From: a virus
Taxonomy: Duplodnaviria > Caudoviricetes
Virus record (IMG/VR): IMGVR_UViG_3300032318_002859
Span: 1 to 62,371 of that record
Reading direction: 5' to 3' (one strand)
Length of the DNA: 62,371 nt
In this document: positions 18,101-27,721 of the stretch, piece after piece
Position numbering within the stretch: position 1 is the first letter of the stretch
How the letters are laid out: every line of letters begins with the position of its first letter
Program-made: the position numbers and the translations under genes
Notes under the pieces: model-generated
What the model saw: only the letters and a program-made list of their open reading frames with translations
Databases searched by the model: none
What the model was told of the DNA's origin: nothing

Positions 18101-19953
18101 GCCAGATGGTGGCAGGCGCCAGCAGGGTGCCGAGCCTGCCTTTGCCGGTCAGCAGCAGGACCGCCACAGATGCCACACAAAGCCTGCTTCAGGCTGCGAA
18201 CAGCAAGCTCGGAATCTTTGCAGGACAGACCGAGCGCTGTGCTGATGCAATCCGCGAACTCTTCAAGGTCGCAGGTATCGCCATTGGCACTACCAAGCGG
18301 GCATGGGACGGACTGGCGTCGGGGCCGCGACTGGCCAGCAGCTTCTTTGGGCAAGATATTGGCCAACGGGTCAATCGCCAGCAAGACCTCCGTCCAGGTG
18401 ATCTGGTCGGCTTTGAGCGCACCTACGGCAACTGGGGGCCAGGAGTGCAAACTCACGTCGGCCTTTATGCCGGTGACGGCATGATGTACGACCACAGCTC
18501 ACGCCGGGGCTTGGTGAAACGCCCGATGAGCACCTTTGAGGGGAAGTTCATGTACGGCGTGCGGCCTGATGCGTTGTCGATCGGTGCGACGACCAGCGAT
18601 GTGGCCACCAACACCGCCAACAAGCTGCTAACAGCGGCTGGCCCGACTGGCGCGGCCCCCTCAGTGCCAGTGACCAGCACTGCAAACCAGGTGCAGGGCC
18701 TGCAGCAAGGCCTCCAGGGGCTGAGCACGCAGGAAAGCCGCCTCTCCAAAGTGCTTGAAGACCTGCTGCAGTGGCTCAACAAGATGGGCGATGCCCAGGC
18801 GGTCGAGCGCGAGAACCTTTCAGAGCAGCAGCAGGCGGAGCGCGCACAGTTCGAGTTCGAGCAGCGCAAGGCCATGCTCACGGCCCAGGTGATGAACACC
18901 TCGGAGGGCCGGCTGGGTGTGGCCGCTGGGGATGCGCTGAGCGGTGGCATCAGCAGCTCGCTTTCCGGTGCGCTGCAGGCCCTGCTCAGCGGCGGCGATG
19001 TGCGGCAGGCGGTGAGCGGTGCGCTGGCGCAGGTGGGTCAGACGCTGATGCAAGCCACCCTCGATGCCCTGCTGAACCCTCTGCTGTCTCAGCTGCAAGG
19101 GCAGATCTTCAAGGCGATCAGTGGCGTCGACATCAATGCCATGGCACTGCAGGGGGCGGCAGGCACCCTCAACCAGGCCGGGGGGACGCTGTTCGCTGCC
19201 GGCAATGCCCTGTTGAGCGCTGCCGGGGTGCAAGGCGCTGCGGCAGGAGCCGGCGCAGTGGGCAATGCCGGAAGCATGTGGGCGTCGTTGGCCGCCAAGC
19301 TGCCCAGCCTCATCGGCGGCCTGGGGGGCTTCACCGGCGGACTGGATCTCGCAGGAGCCTTCAGCGGCACCAGCAGCTTGATCGACTTCACCGCTGCCCC
19401 CAGTCTCGTCAGCGGCCTGGGGAGCTTCACCCCGGGGCTGGCCGGGGGCAACGAGGTGCAGTACGGCCTCGATTACCTCGTGGGCGAAAAGAATGCCGAG
19501 ATCGTCCGCTTCAACAAAACCGGCGGGCGGGTCTACTCCAACCGGGCCCTCACCAAGGCGCTGGGGGTGCCGTTCCAGCGCACCCCCGGCGGCGGGGCGG
19601 CGGTTGCCGATGGCGGGGGCGACTTCCTGGGGGTGCCGTTCATGGGTGCGGGATCGACCCGGGCCGCCAGCGGCAGCCGCAGCACCCCCGGCATCCCGTT
19701 CCTGAAGGCCTCATCCGGTGGCGGCGGCGGGGGGGCAGCGGCGGGCGCTGCTGGTGGCGCCCCAGGGGCTGGGATGGCGCGTTCCTCCAGCCTGCGGCTC
19801 AGCCTGGAAACCCAGGTGATCAACGGCGTGGAATACGCCACCGTGCAGCAGGTTCGAGAAGCCGCTGAGGCCGCGGCCCAGGCCGGCCGTGACTCCGCCT
19901 ACGACGGGATGCGCAACAACCCGTCAATCCAAGCCAGCCTGGGGCTCCGATGA
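15145..19953 (+). CDS. Tape measure protein with internal NlpC/P60-like peptidase domain
   Basis: 1602 aa, Ala/Gln-rich helical; ERCADAIR..LRPGDLVGF..THVGLYAGDG at ~18230-18490. Confidence 0.9.
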   Translation: MTQSGGGEYSLGTATLTMRGDMQPLERDLARMRAVIADMEKRGANIPLGPKPPPPPPPETQRGYEGLVKTMETLRRGMQGDGEAFTMLSEQLRASGQAAAAAGGDGGFGGAAGGLSGLLGMAGKAVPMLGQLGLAAMGIQAIFGGMKGAISAVLGPLEQLSAEAGRLNKQVAEAGIFTAQSFAILGPDGKLVEGTARQMQMVRGAILKEFKGIQKEVANINGATASEIYEGFNIILTNISSLGEKGTTENAAKLATRLAAGMNTLGVPGFQLRSEVNALMMGNIDRNAMMATKLGITGEDVRQQQAQGTYYDFLMKKLEKLYEGQKVLALSLANVKSNFDDVNQAIAAESGQPLERDTAQMMQTILVTFKNLQGSFSGLFKSIAEAVGPIIKLLGPVVSAFTSIGAIASSVGRVIMDVFGLVTAALANDVLPLFTALARSLELVARTVQLVAEGIGALINPLKAMLNVESDGDAAGVTSFFDQIFQGFDKASEAIEGFNQKWSKMVLNTSLSNLRGRMKMQGKSEEEIAAAENDMRERFKLQTGLTEEVQLRSLKLPPNITNYLDELNTRLGSGATRALNISKAWADIKQKGYQNEIKSLEQGLTLMNKQREVAEAMSSVAAARRALAARSFELGVQVAASPEAKAAAEARLADVKLRQEKETIAERRGILQTEREIQQRQMLIQEKQIKIQQEQLKIQLAEARADQVRVTEATQAVLKARGNTSPRSQEWQGFTRELNVLNAERARNDARVAGAQTALRLAFEAEGQLGTINGLESQRLNLQGQQLDIQGQSAQYTREQQALLAQISQAELRITNELTRATNEQNRKKQALENQTEQINQQIKLQEQQSRLEKAQADLALTRAKAEVEQARRLEEVQQLQERARNGGGTASVIEAQIAAAAAGVSGMESAADVQKRLYDAREQQMQREHQLQNRQMEVQQMRERSEVRIQELQLRGQQVAIGLQRAQILADIARLGLGQQQDRLSQMVAGASRVPSLPLPVSSRTATDATQSLLQAANSKLGIFAGQTERCADAIRELFKVAGIAIGTTKRAWDGLASGPRLASSFFGQDIGQRVNRQQDLRPGDLVGFERTYGNWGPGVQTHVGLYAGDGMMYDHSSRRGLVKRPMSTFEGKFMYGVRPDALSIGATTSDVATNTANKLLTAAGPTGAAPSVPVTSTANQVQGLQQGLQGLSTQESRLSKVLEDLLQWLNKMGDAQAVERENLSEQQQAERAQFEFEQRKAMLTAQVMNTSEGRLGVAAGDALSGGISSSLSGALQALLSGGDVRQAVSGALAQVGQTLMQATLDALLNPLLSQLQGQIFKAISGVDINAMALQGAAGTLNQAGGTLFAAGNALLSAAGVQGAAAGAGAVGNAGSMWASLAAKLPSLIGGLGGFTGGLDLAGAFSGTSSLIDFTAAPSLVSGLGSFTPGLAGGNEVQYGLDYLVGEKNAEIVRFNKTGGRVYSNRALTKALGVPFQRTPGGGAAVADGGGDFLGVPFMGAGSTRAASGSRSTPGIPFLKASSGGGGGGAAAGAAGGAPGAGMARSSSLRLSLETQVINGVEYATVQQVREAAEAAAQAGRDSAYDGMRNNPSIQASLGLR

Positions 19954-20417
19954 ACATCGCCATCTGCGCCTACATCTCCTTCCAGGCCGATGGCGTGGCG
20001 GTGCCCGGCTACGCCTGGCAGAACCTGTTTGTGCGCCAGACACGGTCGTATGACGGCCGGGACCATGTGTTTCAGAGCTTCCGCATCAGCGATTCGGCCG
20101 GTGCCCGCGGCGGGGATCGCTCCCAGGGCCGGCTGGAGCTGAAGCGCAATCAGCTGAGCCTGAATGTGCTGGCGGAGGCCCGCGCCAACAAGTGGAAGCT
20201 CCGCGCTGATGTGGTGGTCTGCGACGTGGCCGCCGGTGCCGATCGACGCCTTCTCTCTCGCCACCTGTGGCGGCTGGGCCCGATCGAGCGACGCAACATC
20301 ATCACCGTCACCCTCAACTCGCCCCTGGATGCGCTCCGGGGCGATGCCCCCCGCCGACGGCTCACCACCGAGCTGGTGGGTCAGGTGCCGGACACCGGCC
20401 AGATCTTCATCGCATGA
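19950..20417 (+). CDS. Minor tail protein
   Basis: Coupled after tape measure; LNSPLDAL..PRRRLT. Confidence 0.7.
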   Translation: MNIAICAYISFQADGVAVPGYAWQNLFVRQTRSYDGRDHVFQSFRISDSAGARGGDRSQGRLELKRNQLSLNVLAEARANKWKLRADVVVCDVAAGADRRLLSRHLWRLGPIERRNIITVTLNSPLDALRGDAPRRRLTTELVGQVPDTGQIFIA

Positions 20418-20848
20418 ATCACCACGCCCCCCAACAAGCACCATGGCTGCGCTACATGGGCCTGCCCTACCGCTGGAACGGCGATCCGGATCGCCATGGC
20501 GGCACCGACTGCTTTCGGCTCACCATCGCTGTGCTCTCGCTCTACGACGCCCCCCGGCCGGCGGTGAAGCCCCAGTGGTACGCGGCAGCGAGGGGCCGCC
20601 GCTGGCAAGCGTTGCTTAAGGAGCTCCAGGCGATCAGCACCCCTGTGGCCGGTGGCATGCCCCTTGATGTGGCGCTGCTCAAAGGCGGTGAACCAATCGC
20701 CCTGGGTATCTGCGTTGCTGGGGGGCTGCTCACCACCTGCCAGGGCCAGGGCGTGCACTGGCGCCCCCTCGGCGCCTGCCAGGTGCGCCGCTGGTTTCGC
20801 TTCCTCCCCTCTTCCCCTGAACGGCCCCTGCCCAACCTGATCTCGTGA
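20414..20848 (+). CDS. NlpC/P60-like tail tip protein (gpK-like)
   Basis: YMGLPYRWNG..TDCFRL; ATGA start at 20414. Confidence 0.7.
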   Translation: MNHHAPQQAPWLRYMGLPYRWNGDPDRHGGTDCFRLTIAVLSLYDAPRPAVKPQWYAAARGRRWQALLKELQAISTPVAGGMPLDVALLKGGEPIALGICVAGGLLTTCQGQGVHWRPLGACQVRRWFRFLPSSPERPLPNLIS

Positions 20849-23800
20849 CCCGACACCCGGCACCCCTTCCTGGCGACGCCTATCTGGCAGAGCTGCTCGG
20901 CTGGAGCGAAGATCAGCTGCTGCGGTACCAGGTGGAACGACAGCAGGCCGCGGCGACGGAGTTCGCCCGCAATCCCCCGGCGGCCACCTGCGGCCCCGGT
21001 GCCCTGGCGGTGGTCTCGTTGGCCACCACGATCCTGTCGGTCGGCTACAGCGTGCTCAGCACCCTGCTGGCCCCCAAGCCCCGGCGGCCCGGGCAGGTGG
21101 TCAGCAGCCAGCGCCAGGGAGAGAACATCACCGATGGCGCGCGCTATGCCCCTCGGCCGGGCTTTGACTCCACCCAGGAGGTGGCGCGGCTGGGGAGCGT
21201 CATTCCCATCGTCTTCGCGCGGCGGGAGTACCTCCCGGCCCTCAACGGCCGGCCAGAGGGCTGGTACGGCGGCTGCCGCGTTGATCTTGGCCTGGTGTGG
21301 TCGCAGCTGATCAGCCTGGGGGGTTCCCAGCTGTTCCGGGGCGTCTATGTGCTGGGTGAGGGGCCGATGGCTGAGATCGACCCGGCCGGCTTCGCGATCG
21401 GGAACAACCCCCTGCGGAGCTACGACCTCGGCACCGCCGGCGCCAACGAGGCCGCGGCACGGCTCACCCTCTACGCCCGCCTGGGTGGGGGGCGGATCCG
21501 CTCCAGCGACCGGATCGCCGGCCGCCTGGCCGCCAACGACATTGGCAACGTGGAGAACGCCGGCGGCGGCGGTGAGGCCCTGCTCCAGGCTGACGTCTTC
21601 CAGATCCGCAGCTCCGGTGGCGTGATCCGCCCGGATGCCTGTGCAGCCGCCCGGCCCAGCAGCTCCACCGCCTGCGGGCTCTACGCCACGATCGGCAATG
21701 GCCTGGGCTACCGGGTCAACCCTGTGCTGCGCCCCACCAGGCAGTACGCCACCAAGCCCCAGGGCACGGAAGGGGATCAACGGATCGATCCGGTGGACGA
21801 TCCGGTGGCGCTGGGTTCGATCTGGAAGGCGCGCCGGATGTGGTCGGGCCGCAGCGGGGTGGTCTCCACATCAACCGGTATCACCAGCGGCGAGGCAAGC
21901 CTCAGCGTGGGCGCCACCTTCGAGTATCTGCTCTCGAACAGCACTGATGCTCAAACACGCCTGAAGTTCAACAGCACCAATACAGATAATGATGCTGGTG
22001 ATGCCGATCACATAGAAACCTGCACGGATGTGGCCGCGGCGATCAGCAGCCGCCAGCGTTCTGCAGATGATGCGTTGGTGGTGGGCGAACTGTTCAAATG
22101 CGGCAGCTGCCTGGCGGTGCTGGAGGAACGCACACCTTCAGATGCAATCTTCTCGTCAGATGGCGACAATCAACCGGTTGGGAATGGGCAGGCAATCACG
22201 GCACGTTTCCGTGTGGTACGCGCAGGCGTTGTGTTTGTTGCGCCTGCTGGAGACATCAATCCTGATGGGACAGGGACCCTGCAGTTCCCCTTTCAGGTCA
22301 ATGGCGACGTGGACTGGGACTGGACGACGGTTGATCCAGGCCCGCGCTATGCCACTGGCACCAGCCGAGGGCACCTCCACCGCTGCGCAATCGCCGATTT
22401 CACTCTGGCGAAACCGGCACGGATCATAGAGATCAGTCTGCGCAGCACTGTTAGCATTCGCGGCAATGGCTTCACCAACCTCAGACAGGTTCTGAGCTTA
22501 AAAGAGATCAACCGGCTGGCTGGCGGCGAAAAAGGAGGGGACATATTGGCAAGCGGCGACAGAATGGGCACTGCCATCTATCAAAGTGGCGCCAGGAGTT
22601 TTACAGAAGAGCGGTACTCATTTGTTCGCGTGAGCTATCGGGCGGAGGGCTCCTCCACCTTTGTGCAGCTTCCTTCCCTCTACGGAGTGCGGGGACTGAC
22701 GCAACAGGCGCAATACAACTCCATTCAGCTGGAGCTTCCCAGTTCGTTGCGTTGTGCTCAGATCCGGGTGGAACCGATCAGCGGCTGGGAGATCCGTTCA
22801 GGTGCAGCCACCGGCCAACTGGTGATTCTTGACGCGAAGATGGCAGCGCTGCAAAGCATTACAGACGGTGCGTGCAGCATGCGCTATGCAGGGGAGGCCC
22901 CGTTCACCCGAGCAGCGGAGCGCTTCTCGCTGAGCTCAATCGAACCCGAGACTGACACCGGGCTGGGTTGGAGCGATAGCAACACCATCACGGATCCATG
23001 GGGGAAACTGGCCGAAGCCTTTGTCTATGACGAGATCCAAGCATCCTGCCAGGGGCCAGAGCATGAGATCGTCAACGTCAACATCATCCAGACAAACCCT
23101 ACGGCTCCGACCTACCAGGACATTGCACTGGTGGGCGGAAACATTCGTTCGGCCCTGGAATTTCAGAGCATGAACCAGCTCTCAGCCCAGGTGATCGGTG
23201 GCCACATCTGCCCCACCAGGTACATCGAGCAGACCGCAGGCCCGACTCATCTGCTGCCCGACATCTGGGCTCGGCTGGCGCTGAGTCCTACGTTTGGTGC
23301 CGGTGCAGACGTCTCAGCGGAACAGATCAATTCCGCCAGCTTCTTAGCCGCGGCGCAGTGGTGCTTCTCCAGGCGGTACTTCTACGATGGCCCACTGCCG
23401 CAGCCGGAGAACCTGCGGCAGTGGGCAGCAGACCAGGCCAGCCTTCATCTGCTCAGTTTCTATGAACTGAACGGGCAATTCTATTTCAAGCCGGCTCTCA
23501 CCTTTGAGCCAGTGCAGATTGTTGATCTGTTCACCGCCGCCAACATCAAGGCCGGCAGCTTTCAGAGCACCACCAGCGATGACGACCAGCGGCGGCCCAT
23601 TCAGGTGAGCGGGCTGTTCCGCGATGAGCGGGCCAACAACGACATCCTCTCGCCAGGCATGTTCTCGACGGTTCGGGAGATCACCATCCGTGAGGCCTCG
23701 GCCAGCGACAGCGACCCGGTGGAGCCGCTGGACATGAGGGCCAGCTGCACCAACCGGTGGCACCTGATCGACGCCGCCAAACTCTTGATCCGCTGGCGGC

Positions 23801-24249
23801 GGCTGGTGGGCGATCCGATCAGCTTCGAGACCACCTACGCCGGCATGCTGCGCCCCATCGCCCCAGAAGACCACATCGCGGTGGCCTACGACGAAACCTT
23901 CAACGAGCTGTACTCCAACGGTGCCGTGCTTGCCGATGGCACCCTGGTGGCCACGGAGCCCCTGGCGGATGGCAGCTACGAGGTGCTGGCCTGGGATGGC
24001 ACCACCTCATCAGGCCCCACGGTGCAGACGCTGGTGGTGAGCGGCGGCGGCACGAGGGGCAACCTGCTCAACTGCGCCTGGACGCGCACGGGACCGCCCC
24101 CCGTGAACACGTATCGCGTCATGCGGGTGACCCCCACCGATGATGGCCGCCAGCGGATTGAGGCGGTGCTGATGCCCACCGACGATGCTGGCCGGCTGCT
24201 GCTCTCCCTAGATTGGGATGAGCCATCGGCCTGGGTAATTCGCGGGTGA
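20845..24249 (+). CDS. Central tail tip/hub protein (gpJ-like)
   Basis: 1134 aa; LLAPKP..GFDSTQEVARLGSVIPIVF; position. Confidence 0.8.
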   Translation: MTRHPAPLPGDAYLAELLGWSEDQLLRYQVERQQAAATEFARNPPAATCGPGALAVVSLATTILSVGYSVLSTLLAPKPRRPGQVVSSQRQGENITDGARYAPRPGFDSTQEVARLGSVIPIVFARREYLPALNGRPEGWYGGCRVDLGLVWSQLISLGGSQLFRGVYVLGEGPMAEIDPAGFAIGNNPLRSYDLGTAGANEAAARLTLYARLGGGRIRSSDRIAGRLAANDIGNVENAGGGGEALLQADVFQIRSSGGVIRPDACAAARPSSSTACGLYATIGNGLGYRVNPVLRPTRQYATKPQGTEGDQRIDPVDDPVALGSIWKARRMWSGRSGVVSTSTGITSGEASLSVGATFEYLLSNSTDAQTRLKFNSTNTDNDAGDADHIETCTDVAAAISSRQRSADDALVVGELFKCGSCLAVLEERTPSDAIFSSDGDNQPVGNGQAITARFRVVRAGVVFVAPAGDINPDGTGTLQFPFQVNGDVDWDWTTVDPGPRYATGTSRGHLHRCAIADFTLAKPARIIEISLRSTVSIRGNGFTNLRQVLSLKEINRLAGGEKGGDILASGDRMGTAIYQSGARSFTEERYSFVRVSYRAEGSSTFVQLPSLYGVRGLTQQAQYNSIQLELPSSLRCAQIRVEPISGWEIRSGAATGQLVILDAKMAALQSITDGACSMRYAGEAPFTRAAERFSLSSIEPETDTGLGWSDSNTITDPWGKLAEAFVYDEIQASCQGPEHEIVNVNIIQTNPTAPTYQDIALVGGNIRSALEFQSMNQLSAQVIGGHICPTRYIEQTAGPTHLLPDIWARLALSPTFGAGADVSAEQINSASFLAAAQWCFSRRYFYDGPLPQPENLRQWAADQASLHLLSFYELNGQFYFKPALTFEPVQIVDLFTAANIKAGSFQSTTSDDDQRRPIQVSGLFRDERANNDILSPGMFSTVREITIREASASDSDPVEPLDMRASCTNRWHLIDAAKLLIRWRRLVGDPISFETTYAGMLRPIAPEDHIAVAYDETFNELYSNGAVLADGTLVATEPLADGSYEVLAWDGTTSSGPTVQTLVVSGGGTRGNLLNCAWTRTGPPPVNTYRVMRVTPTDDGRQRIEAVLMPTDDAGRLLLSLDWDEPSAWVIRG

Positions 24250-24262
24250 TGAACGGCGTGCC

Positions 24263-26104
24263 ATGCCAGATCTGATCCCCTTCCCGGCCGTTGAGCCAAC
24301 GTCATTCGCGTTCGTGATGCCTCGCCATCCGGTCACGAGCGCGGTTTCGGAAAGCGGCGTCCAAGATCATCGCTTGTGGGGGACGGTGGCCGTAGATGGT
24401 GCCCTGGAATTGGAGTTTCGCAATATCAAAACCGAAGTTGCCACATTGATATTGCAAACGTTTCATGCTAGCTACTCTGGTCTGCTCCCTTTAGATCTGC
24501 CCGACATTCTCTTTGCTGGGGAGACAGCTGCCGATCGGGCATTTATCGATTCGGTAACCACTGAAGCGGGCCTGCAATGGTTTTGGCCATTGGGGCAGGG
24601 TGCACCGAACCCTCGCAAATCGCTGACATATAGGAACCGATGCACCTTGCCGGTACGGTTGGAGGCACGGCTGGAGAACACGCCCCAACCATTGCCGCCA
24701 GCGCCGATTGCATGGATTAGCCGACTTCTAACGGCAATACGAGCACCCATAACAAATGGTGGCCCACTGGGGGGCATCGCAACCAATACGAATGGTGATA
24801 GCTTTCAAGTGTTCTGGTTTGAGGCCGTAGGCGGCAGCGCAGTGAGAGTCGTTGTTGTCAAAAGGTCCAAGGCTGGGGATGTCCTGTGGACCAGATGGAC
24901 ATCTGGAGAATTTGGAAGCACAGTAACGTCGAGGGATGCCAGGTGCCCTCAGGTGCTTCCGTTACTTGACGGAGGCTGCATTGTCTTTGCCTGCGCAGAA
25001 ACCATAGTAACGCAGCAAACGTCAACTTCCGGGCATACATACAGGTCAAGAGCCTGGCGAATCAACTCGGATGGCAGTCAGCGATGGTCTCGTGAATATG
25101 TCGGTCCGTTCACAGGGGCTTACAGGGTAGCCTTGAACAATAATTCAGCCCTGGTCTACTGTAGCGCCACTTTTATAGGCTCTGGTTCAGTGACAAGGCT
25201 CCGGCCTGCGTTGCTCGTTATTGACATCGCCTCCGGCAGCTATGTTGTTGGCAGCGGCTACCAGCTCAATGGAACTGCCTCGGATCTTCTTGCCTCGCGC
25301 AGAGACGCGCTGTTGGTGGATTCTGGTTCGGTTGTTTTAAAGGCTTCACAAGACTTGCTGCTCAGACTAAACTCCTTTGGTACTAGCGTTCTGCAGGCAG
25401 CAATCCTGACCAACCTAGAAGGCGGCATCACAGCCTTGCCGTCCGGCAGCTTCGCTTGCAGGAACGGAGCTGAAACCCTGGTGATACTCGATCCTACATT
25501 CACAGTAACAAACAGCTATCGGCATATCAACGCAATGCAAGCCAGCGGCACGCTCCTTGGCAGTAAAGGCTTTGGCATGAGCGCGTCTTCTGATGGGACC
25601 ATATACCACATGGGCGACACCTATGGAAGCGGCCTATTTTTTAATGCTGGCGTCAAGATTGCTGTCTTCAGCAGCGCCGCGACGCCATTGGGCTATGGCG
25701 AGATCGGCCTTGGCTCCGGCATTGGTGGCGCGGGCAAATCTCTAGACAATGGTGGAGTGGACTTTATTGACGTCACAAATAAGCGCGGGTTAATGCATAT
25801 TGCAGGAAGCGAAGCAAACGGCGCGTCATGCCGTGTTCATGCGCTGGGGTTTGACCTCGCATTACCGACTGCTACCGCAGCCAACACCACACCAGCTCGC
25901 ACTCTGGACACAGGAGGATGCGGGAATACGCTCAGCCTGCGTGGATGGGATGCGGTTGGCTATACAAGTGCAACACCGCCAAGTATTACCCGGTCAATCC
26001 CGACGATTGCCATTAGCAGCGTGCTTGCAGCTGAATCCGTCGGCGGGCTTGACATGGTAGAAGCCAGCTCTCTCTTTTGGCAAAACGTGCAGCTAACTTC
26101 TTGA
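24263..26104 (+). CDS. Tail protein with lower-GC beta-propeller-like C-terminal domain (candidate receptor-binding protein)
   Basis: FPAVEPTS N-terminal adaptor; GDVLWTRW and SDGSQRWSREY blade-like repeats. Confidence 0.65.
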   Translation: MPDLIPFPAVEPTSFAFVMPRHPVTSAVSESGVQDHRLWGTVAVDGALELEFRNIKTEVATLILQTFHASYSGLLPLDLPDILFAGETAADRAFIDSVTTEAGLQWFWPLGQGAPNPRKSLTYRNRCTLPVRLEARLENTPQPLPPAPIAWISRLLTAIRAPITNGGPLGGIATNTNGDSFQVFWFEAVGGSAVRVVVVKRSKAGDVLWTRWTSGEFGSTVTSRDARCPQVLPLLDGGCIVFACAETIVTQQTSTSGHTYRSRAWRINSDGSQRWSREYVGPFTGAYRVALNNNSALVYCSATFIGSGSVTRLRPALLVIDIASGSYVVGSGYQLNGTASDLLASRRDALLVDSGSVVLKASQDLLLRLNSFGTSVLQAAILTNLEGGITALPSGSFACRNGAETLVILDPTFTVTNSYRHINAMQASGTLLGSKGFGMSASSDGTIYHMGDTYGSGLFFNAGVKIAVFSSAATPLGYGEIGLGSGIGGAGKSLDNGGVDFIDVTNKRGLMHIAGSEANGASCRVHALGFDLALPTATAANTTPARTLDTGGCGNTLSLRGWDAVGYTSATPPSITRSIPTIAISSVLAAESVGGLDMVEASSLFWQNVQLTS

Positions 26105-26215
26105 CCAATACAGAATGCCATCGCTGCCATTCCCGCTGGGCAATGATTTGAGCCTGGTGCTTGAGCCTACCTATGCTGCTGATAGGCCTGACCCACCCCA
26201 CTCACCCCCCCAGCC

Positions 26216-26614
26216 ATGGGCGTTCGCAACACCACCCAGAGCGACGTGTACTGGAACGGTGCCCTGGTGGGGAAAATCACCGATGTGTCCGTCTCGGTCT
26301 CCAGAGATGCTTTGGACACCACTGGTGTTGGCCAGGCGGCAAAAACTAGCGCAAAAGGTCTGCGGGAATCGCAGATCAGCTGCACCCTTCTCTACGACCC
26401 CGACAACGCGCCGGCGTCGGCGATGGCAAACAGCATCTGGGATGACAATGAGCCCCCTGATACCCTGCGCATCGTCACCCGTCGGGGCTCAACACGCGGT
26501 GACTTCACCATGGAGGTGCTCACCGCGTCCCTGGGTACTCCGGTCCGGGTGCGGGAGCTGATCTCCTGCTCGCTGTCCCTCACCGTCAACGGGGACATGA
26601 GCGGGCGGTTCTGA
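26216..26614 (+). CDS. Tail-tube-fold minor tail protein
   Basis: VGKITDVSVSVSRDALDTTGVG..KGLRESQISCTLLYD. Confidence 0.7.
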   Translation: MGVRNTTQSDVYWNGALVGKITDVSVSVSRDALDTTGVGQAAKTSAKGLRESQISCTLLYDPDNAPASAMANSIWDDNEPPDTLRIVTRRGSTRGDFTMEVLTASLGTPVRVRELISCSLSLTVNGDMSGRF

Positions 26615-26615
26615 G

Positions 26616-27698
26616 ATGGCAATCGATGGCGAGATCGGCACCCTCACCCTCAGCCGCAGCTGGCCACCGGCGGTGGTGATCACCGACGAGGCCCTCGATG
26701 CACCGGCCAGTGTCGTTCGGCTGCGAGTGGAGGAGCCAGGGTTCCTCAACGGTGACCATGTGCTGCTCACGGCTCCCCTGGGCCTGCCACTGGATGTGCT
26801 GGGCACCGGCTATGCCAACTGCCCCGATGGGCACAGCTTCTGGGGCGATGCCGCCGCCAGCGGACCGGCCAGCCTGCATCGAGTCGGCAGCGATCCGCCC
26901 TTCTGGGGCGCTGATGACAACGCCACCTTCTGGGACCATGCCGGCACAGTGGGGCTGGCGCAGCAGGCCAGCGTCTACATCCACCGGGATGCGCTCGATC
27001 GGGCCACCTTCTACTCCAGCGAGGTGGGAGCTGTGAATGGCGGCGAGAGCAACCGTCTGCCGCTGCGCCTGGTGGGCTTCGGGCAGTTGATCCTCAGCGT
27101 CGCCAGCGACCGGAGCGGCTATGCCGCGGCCCTGCTCGCCTTGGCGCCCACCCTCCCATGCCACGCAGAGCCTGAGGTGGAGCTGAAGGACCTCGCGCCA
27201 GCGCTCTCACCTGTCATTGCCGATGCCGGCGCTGACGCGGATGAGCGGGGCTGGAAGCGCCAGGCGGATCTCTCCCGCTGGGAGCTGGAGACCGATGCCA
27301 GCGTGCTGGACCAGGGCGCCATCGGCGAGGCGTTCGGGGCGGTCGTGGCGGGCCAGGCTCGCGGCGCGGGATCGTTCGCTGGCGAGATCAGCAACACCTA
27401 CCACCCAGCCGTCAGCTCCAGCGCCGCCATGCTGCGCCTCGAGATGCTCACCCACAAGGGCGCCACCGCCACCATCCGCCTGCTGGTGGCGGCTGGCTCT
27501 CGCGGCCACTCCAATGGCGAGGTGTTCATCCTTGAGGAGTGCCTCTTCTACGAGCTTGATCTGGTGCTGACCAACGTGAGGCTGTCCGCGCAGTCCGGCG
27601 ACACCATGAAAATCACAGGCCAGTTCGCGGCGGTGGGTGACGTGCGCTTCGTCATCGCTGATCTATCACATCCATTGGCAGCAATGGCCTCTGCCTAG
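26616..27698 (+). CDS. Minor tail protein with tube-like C-terminal domain
   Basis: WELETDASVLDQGAIGEAF..GAGSF. Confidence 0.65.
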   Translation: MAIDGEIGTLTLSRSWPPAVVITDEALDAPASVVRLRVEEPGFLNGDHVLLTAPLGLPLDVLGTGYANCPDGHSFWGDAAASGPASLHRVGSDPPFWGADDNATFWDHAGTVGLAQQASVYIHRDALDRATFYSSEVGAVNGGESNRLPLRLVGFGQLILSVASDRSGYAAALLALAPTLPCHAEPEVELKDLAPALSPVIADAGADADERGWKRQADLSRWELETDASVLDQGAIGEAFGAVVAGQARGAGSFAGEISNTYHPAVSSSAAMLRLEMLTHKGATATIRLLVAAGSRGHSNGEVFILEECLFYELDLVLTNVRLSAQSGDTMKITGQFAAVGDVRFVIADLSHPLAAMASA

Positions 27699-27721
27699 CC
27701 TGCAAGAAGCAGCAGCAGCAG

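Noticed and set aside
16369-18495. 708-aa minus-strand ORF (also 2185..3384, 5226..6542, 56315..57670 and similar)
   Set aside because: Antisense shadows of well-supported GC-rich genes, no recognisable motifs
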